From a virus, in IMG/VR virus record IMGVR_UViG_3300021957_003133, positions 51,467-115,466 of that record: DNA of 64,000 nt; one strand, written 5' to 3'. Below, one piece after another: positions 56,574 to 64,000 of this stretch. Under the pieces are notes generated by a model. That model searched no databases. It was not told the origin of the DNA and worked only from the letters and a program-made list of their open reading frames with translations. How positions within the stretch are numbered: the first letter of the stretch is position 1; each line of letters starts with the position of its first letter. The position numbers and the translations under genes were made by a program.

Positions 56574-57895
56574 TATGCTCTCTCCGGCTCCCCACCTACG
56601 TATCCTGTTACTGACATTGGATAACCATAACTATCTAACAGTTGGTTAATCGCTTTCTCATACTGTTCTTCAGCTAAACTACTCGTTTGAGCTTCATCTT
56701 CTATTCGTACCATACCTTTTAAGAATTTTTCTAATTTCTCAACTTCAGGCTCATTACTTAATTCCTCAGCCTTTTCAAAATCAACACTACTAACTGTAAG
56801 AACTGCTGATTCTGGTTCTTCGCCTAGTTCAGCATATGTTAAACCTAAACAATCATCACTTGTTGCGTCAAACCAACCGTAGGCTATGTATTCTGTACCT
56901 GCTAGATTTGCCCAACTGTTGCCTTTCATCATGTTCTTTTCAACTAACATGTCAATGGTACTACGACTAATCTCCCAGGTGTCTAATGAAGTTCCAGGTT
57001 GATTTAGACTTAGAGTATACATATCACCGTGCATTACACGATTATTAATTATCTTTGCATCAGTCTCTTTTTTCCACTCAGCATAATCTTCATCAGTCAT
57101 TAGTGCTGGTATAGTTTTACGTTTAGCCCAATCAGTTATTGTTTTAATATTACGTATTGAAGGATACTGTTCTAGTACCTTGTACATATCTACTTCACGA
57201 TCTTGCTCGTCCATAAACTGTCCACTTTGGAAATGGAACTGATACTTTTCACCCTCATACTTGGGTTTAGTAGGCATTATGATATACATGTCGCCCATCT
57301 TGTGATACTGATCAAACATATTGTTACTACGTGCCGCAGTACACCATTTAGTACCTTGCCCATAATAACAAGCCGCCGCTTTGTCTTTAGGCACTATAAC
57401 TCTAATCTCACTGTCACGATATATTTCACGACTGCTACCTCTGTCTGTAACAGGTGCTTCTAAGTCTTCTTCACTGTAATCTGCCATTGCTGTTAATAGA
57501 TTAACAGGCTGTTTCATTTGATTAATGTCTTTGTGTTCAGGCTTTAGTTTCTTTCTTAACTTGAGAGTCACATACTTTTCTAGTGCATCTCTCATTTTAC
57601 TCTTAATGTCTTCTAATGGAATAATTTCTTTTGAATACATACGGGCCAACCATTGACTGTATTCTTTATTTTTTGTAGGATCTCCCATTTCAATCTGAGT
57701 AAACACTTTGTTTAATAAATCTTGTTTGTCGTTAGGATGTAGTTCTTTCCAACTACCGCTACGTGAGTGTAAGTTCCATATATCTAAATCGGCACGAGGT
57801 TGCTTATCTCTCTGTAGTGCTTGTATGATTTTTTCACCATGCACCTGCTGAGTTTTTTCTCTGGAGTACTCTAAGATAAATTGTTTTGCTCTCAT
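56573..57895 (-). CDS. Tagged protein with PcfJ-like core (paralog B)
   Basis: MRAKQFILE; GDPTK, AACYYGQGTKWCTAA, EKYQFHFQSGQFMDEQD. Confidence 0.6.
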   Translation of the reverse strand: MRAKQFILEYSREKTQQVHGEKIIQALQRDKQPRADLDIWNLHSRSGSWKELHPNDKQDLLNKVFTQIEMGDPTKNKEYSQWLARMYSKEIIPLEDIKSKMRDALEKYVTLKLRKKLKPEHKDINQMKQPVNLLTAMADYSEEDLEAPVTDRGSSREIYRDSEIRVIVPKDKAAACYYGQGTKWCTAARSNNMFDQYHKMGDMYIIMPTKPKYEGEKYQFHFQSGQFMDEQDREVDMYKVLEQYPSIRNIKTITDWAKRKTIPALMTDEDYAEWKKETDAKIINNRVMHGDMYTLSLNQPGTSLDTWEISRSTIDMLVEKNMMKGNSWANLAGTEYIAYGWFDATSDDCLGLTYAELGEEPESAVLTVSSVDFEKAEELSNEPEVEKLEKFLKGMVRIEDEAQTSSLAEEQYEKAINQLLDSYGYPMSVTGYVGGEPERA

Positions 57896-58626
57896 TTTTT
57901 AAATATATTTCCTTTTGTATCTTCGGCTATAACATGTACTTTGCCGTCGTATTTAAATTTTATATATGGATCCTGTGATATAGATATCTTAGTATCTGCT
58001 TGCATAATAATATATTCTTCTTCGTCAACCCAAGTAATAGTTTTAATAATCCATTCTGGTATATAACCGCCTGACTCTAAATCTTTCTGTAGTCCACTAA
58101 ACATTGGATGTTTAATTCTAGTTGTTTTATAACCTTCTTTATCTTTAAACAATATCTTACCTAGGTCTTTTGTCAATGCCGGATCATGTACATCCATGTA
58201 ACCTGAACAACCACCACTAGCTCTAATACCAGTTTTGTGTGTAAACAAGTCACCCATAGCTGTTTCTCCAACTATACGAACATAACTATCTGTTTCCATT
58301 CTAACACGTGTTGATATTTCAGTGTTTTGTGTTCTGTCTGTTAATTTAAATGTTGCTACATGTTGTACTGGATTAGCATCAATGACCAAGTAAAGTTTAA
58401 CAAAACGATCAGTATTAACAGTAATAGTTACAGGTACCTGAGCACCACTGGCCGCTCTTTTAGGACCCGATATTGTTAACTCATCATTTTTATCTAGTTC
58501 AACTGCTGTTCTAACACCAAACATTCTTTCTTGTATGTAAGGCCATAGATCAGGATTAAAATGTTTGTCGTCATACGCAAACACCTGACTTGTAAACAAC
58601 ATTAACGCTATTAGTAATAGTTTCAT
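57892..58626 (-). CDS. SoxY-SoxZ-like fusion (quinoprotein dehydrogenase-associated SoxYZ-like carrier)
   Basis: Signal peptide; GAQVPV, IDANP, TRVRM, ASGGCS, then SoxZ-like IKHPMFSGLQ, SISQDP. Confidence 0.8.
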   Translation of the reverse strand: MKLLLIALMLFTSQVFAYDDKHFNPDLWPYIQERMFGVRTAVELDKNDELTISGPKRAASGAQVPVTITVNTDRFVKLYLVIDANPVQHVATFKLTDRTQNTEISTRVRMETDSYVRIVGETAMGDLFTHKTGIRASGGCSGYMDVHDPALTKDLGKILFKDKEGYKTTRIKHPMFSGLQKDLESGGYIPEWIIKTITWVDEEEYIIMQADTKISISQDPYIKFKYDGKVHVIAEDTKGNIFKK

Positions 58627-58627
58627 A

Positions 58628-58963
58628 TTATGACTTTGCCTTATCAAATAGCATGGCTAATATCATAGCACCAATACCTGTGACTAATGCTTCTGTCCAC
58701 CACGCACCAAAGTGACTAGATACAAAGATTAAATCAGCGCCTGCTGTTGCAACTCCTGTAAGCCAAACTATAGTCCATTTGTTATCCAATTTTGGTATAA
58801 AACTTGCTAATAGGACAACTAGTCCTGCTATTGCTCCTGTCTTAGAAGCAACTCCAGCATGATATAAACTTAGTACACTCAAGTCACCTTGAACCATACA
58901 AACCATACAAGCTGTCCAAGCTTCACTAAACTTTTGAAACCATAGCTTAAATTTAATTTTCAT
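58628..58963 (-). CDS. Hypothetical membrane protein
   Basis: Hydrophobic; AWTACMVCMVQGD. Confidence 0.6.
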   Translation of the reverse strand: MKIKFKLWFQKFSEAWTACMVCMVQGDLSVLSLYHAGVASKTGAIAGLVVLLASFIPKLDNKWTIVWLTGVATAGADLIFVSSHFGAWWTEALVTGIGAMILAMLFDKAKS

Positions 58964-58966
58964 ATG

Positions 58967-59338
58967 TTACTCCTTAACAGGATAGTATGCTGGTATTTGT
59001 TGCATACCTAACTGTTTTGCTTTAAAAGCACGGTGGTTCCCATCTATTATAACACCATTATGGTCAATTACAATAGGTCTTGCTAGTATTTCTTCTTTAC
59101 TGATTCTATCAATTGTGTCATCATCAAAGTCTTGTATACGATTATATGGATCCGATGTTTCATCATCATCATAGTCTTTTACTTTGACCATTGACATAGG
59201 TACTCGATCCATGTCCCAATCTGGATGATCAGTTACTGCGTGATCTAAATGATCTGACCAATCGTGATGTTGTTGCTTAACGTATTTTAAAACATCAGTA
59301 TTCAGATAACTTTCAATTATGAACTCAGTTGCTCGCAT
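58967..59338 (-). CDS. Tagged ParB/sulfiredoxin-like domain protein
   Basis: MRATEFIIE; PIVID..IIDGNHR..A..LG...IPA. Confidence 0.75.
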   Translation of the reverse strand: MRATEFIIESYLNTDVLKYVKQQHHDWSDHLDHAVTDHPDWDMDRVPMSMVKVKDYDDDETSDPYNRIQDFDDDTIDRISKEEILARPIVIDHNGVIIDGNHRAFKAKQLGMQQIPAYYPVKE

Positions 59339-59676
59339 TATATCGTTTTATCCTTGAGCATATCTTTTACTATTGGGTACGTCTTACTCTGATTTGGCAT
59401 ACCTTGTAAAAATCTTAATATATTATTAAACTCCACTCTTGCTTCTTCTTTCATTCCTGCACTGCTTAATTCTTTGATATTTTTTATTGCTCGAAATATG
59501 CTTAAAGCTATACCACCAGCTTTTTTAGCTTGCTCTTGAGATTGTGGTTCAGATTTTTGCATTGGATTATCTGTCATCGATGCCATAGCTGGATCGTACG
59601 TCAATGCGGCTAACAAAGCGGCTATTGCCGCATTAGTTCTTATACCTTCGTTTACTATGATTTCTTCAGCTTTCAT
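59338..59676 (-). CDS. Tagged hypothetical protein
   Basis: Start re-assigned to MKAEEIIVNE; hydrophobic AAIAALLAAL segment follows. Confidence 0.55.
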   Translation of the reverse strand: MKAEEIIVNEGIRTNAAIAALLAALTYDPAMASMTDNPMQKSEPQSQEQAKKAGGIALSIFRAIKNIKELSSAGMKEEARVEFNNILRFLQGMPNQSKTYPIVKDMLKDKTI

Positions 59677-59683
59677 AACTTTA

Positions 59684-60418
59684 TTATACACTCTTTGTTA
59701 ATATTTGTCTAAACCATTCACCAGTACCAGGCAAACATGCTCGATCCTCTGGAAGTACCAGTTGTGCTTTTTCAAATGATTCTTTAGCATCCTTAACTAA
59801 TTGTTCATAGTTAGGATCGTTTTTAATTTTCCTAATAATACTTTCAACTGATTGCATATCTTTCACAGTACCACCTAAAAGTTTATCTGCTATTTCTTGA
59901 GGGTCTTTAGTAATTACCTCATTACTGGCACGGCTTATTAAGCCATACTTTTGACTCCATTTTAATCCGTAGAACTTAGCAATACTTGATAATAAAATAT
60001 GTCTATGCAATCCCTTATAAGGCGACCCTTCCGGAGAACCTGTTAGACTAAATTTCTGCCATTCTGGATCACCAAACATAAAGTCTACTTGTACGTAACC
60101 ATTAGCTTCATCGCCTAAGATAGGTGCTTTATAATGTACTGAGTCTCCACTCTTACGTAGGTCTTCTGCTTTAACTTTCTTACCTAGCAATTGATTAATT
60201 AGTGTTTGCTTATCTATTTTGGTTTCATCAACACCTAGATCCAAATCACCTGATGTTTCCTTGCGTCCAGTTGATCCTAACATGTTGTCTACAAGATTGA
60301 GTCCTGTTAATCGTTCTAACCACTGTACTGTAGGAACAACATTATCACGTGTAATACGTTGTGTTAAAGGTTCACCCTTTTCATTTTTAAAAACATTACC
60401 GCCTTCTAGTAATATCAT
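59684..60418 (-). CDS. Tagged Pol-beta-superfamily nucleotidyltransferase
   Basis: MILLEGGNVF; LGSTG..SGDLDL (GS..DxD); VQVDFM. Confidence 0.7.
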   Translation of the reverse strand: MILLEGGNVFKNEKGEPLTQRITRDNVVPTVQWLERLTGLNLVDNMLGSTGRKETSGDLDLGVDETKIDKQTLINQLLGKKVKAEDLRKSGDSVHYKAPILGDEANGYVQVDFMFGDPEWQKFSLTGSPEGSPYKGLHRHILLSSIAKFYGLKWSQKYGLISRASNEVITKDPQEIADKLLGGTVKDMQSVESIIRKIKNDPNYEQLVKDAKESFEKAQLVLPEDRACLPGTGEWFRQILTKSV

Positions 60419-61386
60419 TTTTTCGTCCTTTTACTAACGTATTTTGCATGCGGAACTTTAAGATTCTTTTTACCGTACACTTTACCAATTTTATGTCTAT
60501 AACTTAGATTGTTTGGATCTAATCCATAAAAATGATCCATTGATTCATCCATTTCTTTAATCACATACTGCTCGTCCCACATTTTGTTCAATGTTCTTTC
60601 AGGATACTTAGTTTCCGCATTAGGATCGAATTGACTAGCACTTGGATCCAGCACAGTTGTTCCCATCTTAACTACATAGTGTTTCCAATATTTTTTAGGT
60701 ATTTCTTTCCATCGCTCATCTGCTTTACTGTCATCACCTTGATAACCTGCTACCTGTATCAGTTTAGCATCTAGTCCTTTTTGTTTAGCACGAGTGTATA
60801 ATTGTTCAGCATAGTCGTAGCACTTGTTGAACTCATCTTCTTTTAATGCAACTGTGCTATATGCTTGATCTAACTGATCTTTAACTATTTGTAGACTGTC
60901 CTCATCAGCTTGATATTTAATTCCAATACCACCAGCTTTCCTCCAGGCATCTATGTTTGTTCCTTTGTCATCTATTAGTATGTTAGGTGTCTGCCCATTG
61001 GTTGCAAATTGTGCCTTATTGCTAGTAATCTGTATTGTTTGAGGTTGAGGGTTAAGATGTTCTTTGATCCAAATCTTTTTCCATTTTTCACTGTTAGCAT
61101 AGTCGTTACGCAATGGAGAACTACAAATACTGTAACTGCCGGCATAACTGATTGCAAGATTTACTAATTGGTCTGCTGTAGGGAATTTAGGTAGTCTAGC
61201 AAAGAAGTCCGTTCCTATTAGGCTATCTAATATCGGATCAACTTTGGCCGCTGGTATGTCTCTATATGATTCTACATCTGCTAGTTTAGCGTACTCAGCA
61301 AAAAAGTTCGCAAGAACACCATCCATATCTAGATAGATTATAGTGTCCTTAGTTGCTTTAATTTTTACTAGTTCACTTGCTCTCAT
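60415..61386 (-). CDS. Tagged HAD 5'(3')-deoxyribonucleotidase-like domain + Cys-His-Asp (papain/transglutaminase-like) domain
   Basis: MRASEL; YLDMDGVLA, ICSSP, LIDDK..N...W...GG; then NKCYDY..HYVV..VLDPSASQF; ATAAATA at 61393-61399. Confidence 0.75.
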   Translation of the reverse strand: MRASELVKIKATKDTIIYLDMDGVLANFFAEYAKLADVESYRDIPAAKVDPILDSLIGTDFFARLPKFPTADQLVNLAISYAGSYSICSSPLRNDYANSEKWKKIWIKEHLNPQPQTIQITSNKAQFATNGQTPNILIDDKGTNIDAWRKAGGIGIKYQADEDSLQIVKDQLDQAYSTVALKEDEFNKCYDYAEQLYTRAKQKGLDAKLIQVAGYQGDDSKADERWKEIPKKYWKHYVVKMGTTVLDPSASQFDPNAETKYPERTLNKMWDEQYVIKEMDESMDHFYGLDPNNLSYRHKIGKVYGKKNLKVPHAKYVSKRTKK

Positions 61387-61410
61387 AACTAGTATTTATC
61401 GTGGTTTGAA

Positions 61411-61779
61411 CTATCCGGCTTGTCTAGTGAGATAGTTAATTCTGGTTTTTGTTGGTCTGAAAAACTCATCAACAGTATCATTCACAGTCTCAACATCAAA
61501 CTGTTTACACGAAAATACGTCTAGATATAGGTCACCAGTCGAATCAATAAAGTGAGCTACGATAGTTGATGTAACAATAATCTGTACAGCAGTTAGTCCA
61601 GCTTTATCTGGAAATTCTGCCGCGGTGTATTCTATGTGTGTATCGCCGATAGGTTTCATATCAATACGTACCAATAACGCATCAATAAAGTCTTTAACTA
61701 CTGTAGCATCTTTGATATTATCTCGATTGCAATCGTGGCAATCTAAAGTGAGGTGATACCCCCAATACAATGAACTCAT
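61411..61779 (-). CDS. speD: S-adenosylmethionine decarboxylase proenzyme-like
   Basis: GYHLTLDC, GLTAVQIIVTSTIVAH, YLDVFSCKQFD. Confidence 0.8.
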   Translation of the reverse strand: MSSLYWGYHLTLDCHDCNRDNIKDATVVKDFIDALLVRIDMKPIGDTHIEYTAAEFPDKAGLTAVQIIVTSTIVAHFIDSTGDLYLDVFSCKQFDVETVNDTVDEFFRPTKTRINYLTRQAG

Positions 61780-61805
61780 TGAACTCTCCTAATTGAAATA
61801 TTATA

Positions 61806-62261
61806 TTACTTACCTTCCATTAGTTTAACAGCTTTGTTATACGCTGTCAAGTTAATGGCGCCTTCACGCAAAAGTTTTTCTCTATTAACTAAATGTTTTG
61901 CTTCAACTTCATCTTTTGATCCACCAAAGTATGCTACACAATGTCCTGATTCAATCATTACATCTGTTGCCATTTTGCCGTCATTGGTTATAAAGTCACC
62001 TAATATACGTCCAAACTTACCTTTGGCATCATACTTCTTACATTTTAGAACTGATTTTTTACCTAGCAATGATTTAAGTTTATCCTTTGCGGCTAACCCA
62101 AATACTTTTTCTACTTTGTCTCTTGTGCGACTTTCTGGTGTGTCAATGCCCATTATGCGAACACGTTCTTTAACTAATACTACGCCAAAGCCTAGGTCAA
62201 TGTCTACATCGACAGTGTCGCCATCTACTACTCTTTTAATTGTTACTGCATATTCGTACAT
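61806..62261 (-). CDS. Thermonuclease (SNase-like)
   Basis: RVVDGDTVD, RIMGIDTPESR, KFGRILG. Confidence 0.9.
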   Translation of the reverse strand: MYEYAVTIKRVVDGDTVDVDIDLGFGVVLVKERVRIMGIDTPESRTRDKVEKVFGLAAKDKLKSLLGKKSVLKCKKYDAKGKFGRILGDFITNDGKMATDVMIESGHCVAYFGGSKDEVEAKHLVNREKLLREGAINLTAYNKAVKLMEGK

Positions 62262-62297
62262 GTTTAATCATCCCCAGTTTAACTGTTAATGATATAT

Positions 62298-62906
62298 TTA
62301 TATCACAGGAATCCAAGTATTAAGGAGGTAAGGAGTAGATTGTATGTAGTGCATAGGAACGAAATCCATTGAAACACCTATCCTTGGTTCGTCTTGTTGC
62401 CATTCATTGACCATATGTGTATCACCTTCATCTTCGTATATGCTGAATGTATTATTTTCAGCGTGGTGATCAAATATTTTTCCATCTGCCCACTTGTATC
62501 TGGTAACAGAGGGTTCAGTATTAATGTAGTATGAAGCAACATAAGTTTCGTCTAAGTCACTGAGTGCTTTCCAATGATTATGCCAAGGTATGCTTTCACC
62601 TTTTTGTTGATAGTTTAACCAAGCGTGTACATAATATTTGTTGTCGTAGGTATTAATCTTATTAAATTCACTACAGACTTTTCGATACAGTTCGTTGATA
62701 CTGGTGTAAGGGAACGTAAACACATTATAGAAATCGTGTAGTCGTGAACTGGTAGGTGCCTGTTCTAACTGTTTGCTCAGTGCGTTCTCATACTTTTTAG
62801 CGTGGGGGACTTCTTGTTTGCCGTATGCTTTTGTGACTTTGTTGTTTATTCTACGACAATCTTTTGTTAGTTGTTTGAGGTCTAGATCAAATTCTATGAT
62901 CTTCAT
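62298..62906 (-). CDS. 2OG-Fe(II) oxygenase-like protein
   Basis: AWLNY..PWHNH..YY..THMV..PRIGVSMD. Confidence 0.6.
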   Translation of the reverse strand: MKIIEFDLDLKQLTKDCRRINNKVTKAYGKQEVPHAKKYENALSKQLEQAPTSSRLHDFYNVFTFPYTSINELYRKVCSEFNKINTYDNKYYVHAWLNYQQKGESIPWHNHWKALSDLDETYVASYYINTEPSVTRYKWADGKIFDHHAENNTFSIYEDEGDTHMVNEWQQDEPRIGVSMDFVPMHYIQSTPYLLNTWIPVI

Positions 62907-63652
62907 TTACTTAATATCCTAGTTATTTCGTATGTTATATCACGTTCACCAGAATCGCTGTGAATGTCTAAGCTTGGATTATCGTGATGATTTTTATGCC
63001 ACGTTTCTCCAAAGCTGAACCACATATAGTTTTTAGTATTGCTTGGCCCTAGGCTATCGTGTTGTAGTAATAACACCAAAGCCACAGCCCATAAAGTTAA
63101 GCTGGCTGGTATAGCCCAAGCAAATAAAAATAATTCCCAACTGATTAGATACATTATAAAAGCATTACCAAATACAAATAGCCAATAGTATTCGTGTACC
63201 CAATGATACTGTCTCATTAATCCAATTAAGTTTTTACTAAACACGATGTCATTGCCGTGTATAAATTTGTGATAGCAAAAGAAAACACTACGCCATCCTC
63301 TAGTTCTACCGTGTGGATCGTTTGCTTGATCTGAATGCCTATGATGTATATTGTGTACAGCAACAAAACTCAATGGTGAACCTAGTCCAGGCATAAAAGC
63401 ACACCAAGCCACGAACCATTCAACAGGTTTACGCATTTCAAAGTACCTATGACTAAAGTACCTGTGCATTCCTATGTTGTTGCCTATACAGAGATATAAG
63501 AAATAAAATACAAAACTAACTAACCACCAATACCAATCTGCTCCTACACCTAGTACGAGGAATACAGGTAACAATAACTGTATCATTGTCATCCATACAT
63601 AGTTAGGTTTTAATAGATACTTAATCACGGTTAGGTTGCCCTTGCCAATCAA
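62903..63652 (-). CDS. Membrane fatty-acid desaturase (delta-9-like)
   Basis: His boxes HRYFSH, HNIHHRHSD..DPH, GETWHKNHH. Confidence 0.9.
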   Translation of the reverse strand: MIGKGNLTVIKYLLKPNYVWMTMIQLLLPVFLVLGVGADWYWWLVSFVFYFLYLCIGNNIGMHRYFSHRYFEMRKPVEWFVAWCAFMPGLGSPLSFVAVHNIHHRHSDQANDPHGRTRGWRSVFFCYHKFIHGNDIVFSKNLIGLMRQYHWVHEYYWLFVFGNAFIMYLISWELFLFAWAIPASLTLWAVALVLLLQHDSLGPSNTKNYMWFSFGETWHKNHHDNPSLDIHSDSGERDITYEITRILSK

Positions 63653-64000
63653 ATTCAGGTTTAAATAATTTACTAGTTTGATATGTCCAATCTATTTCGC
63701 CTGGATTAATTGCTGTGTCAGGAGCCGCTGGGTGTAAATGATGATTCAAATGTAATCCTTCGTATAGGTAGTCCCAACGATGTAACGGTGAGTTGTTAGC
63801 TTCTAAGTGCCAATGCTGTCTCCATACTGCCCAACCTATTCCCCAACAGGCCGCACTAGCAGGAATCAACCATACAAATAAAAATAACTTGTAATCAATC
63901 CACCACAATATACCTGCGTTGATTAAAAGAAATGGTATGTAAAATTTATGTAGTAGAGCATATTTTCTGCCTAGTCTAGCGATATGTTTACTAAACACAG
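63621..64000 (-). CDS. Second fatty-acid desaturase, 5'-truncated by window edge
   Basis: EGLHLNHH box, FVWLIP, GEIDW; frame runs off the window. Confidence 0.75.
   Translation of the reverse strand, partial: VFSKHIARLGRKYALLHKFYIPFLLINAGILWWIDYKLFLFVWLIPASAACWGIGWAVWRQHWHLEANNSPLHRWDYLYEGLHLNHHLHPAAPDTAINPGEIDWTYQTSKLFKPEFDWQGQPNRD

Noticed and set aside
61834-62289. 151-aa + strand ORF, and similar short opposite-strand ORFs such as 388..741, 47663..47980 and 53311..53751
   Set aside because: They overlap well-supported genes on the other strand and have no motifs; treated as shadows.
1-64000. Alternative genetic code, introns/inteins, tRNA genes
   Set aside because: Known enzymes are full length in the standard code with TAA, TAG and TGA all used as stops; polymerase and ThyA are uninterrupted; no cloverleaf was recognised by eye in the few intergenic gaps.
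1-64000. Cellular (bacterial chromosome) origin suggested by metK, folE, thyA and desaturases
   Set aside because: T4-like polymerase, clamp and RNase H, tail proteins, late-promoter motifs and dense small hypothetical ORFs indicate a large phage.

Overview
A gene-dense, AT-rich 64 kb segment of a large T4-like (jumbo-type) dsDNA bacteriophage, probably aquatic; no tRNA, rRNA, CRISPR array or IS element was recognised. (1) 1-18.2 kb, + strand: the end of a tail/fibre module, then a roughly 16 kb operon behind a T4-type late-promoter motif. It holds four glycosyltransferase-like proteins, five paralogous twitch-domain radical SAM enzymes, three SGNH-like proteins, a NodU-type carbamoyltransferase and an APS kinase; an NDP-sugar epimerase converges on it from the - strand. 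(2) 18.2-50.4 kb, - strand: nucleotide metabolism and replication (ThyA, DHFR, MazG-like, RNase H, sliding clamp, family B polymerase), a MoxR/VWA pair, MetK and an S8 protease with an autotransporter-like C-terminus. A dispersed 7-deazaguanine DNA-modification pathway is also here (FolE, QueD, QueE, TGT/DpdA-like, DpdL-like; no QueC in the window), flanked by a purine PRTase, GT4, DegT-like aminotransferase and B12 radical SAM. (3) 50.4-64 kb, - strand: about 12 unrelated proteins share an N-terminal tag resembling the T4 capsid-targeting sequence, and several look like Glu-cleavable polyproteins of effector domains (HicA-like, ART-like, nucleotidyltransferase, HAD, ParB, peptidase). Auxiliary metabolic genes are interspersed (SoxYZ-like, SpeD, desaturases). 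Non-coding signals: many near-consensus sigma70 and ATAAATA promoters, often giving apparently leaderless mRNAs; pseudoknot-like leaders on queD and folE; and a 3'-UTR hairpin whose loop is complementary to the RBS of two early genes. All calls come from motif recognition by eye; no database search was run.
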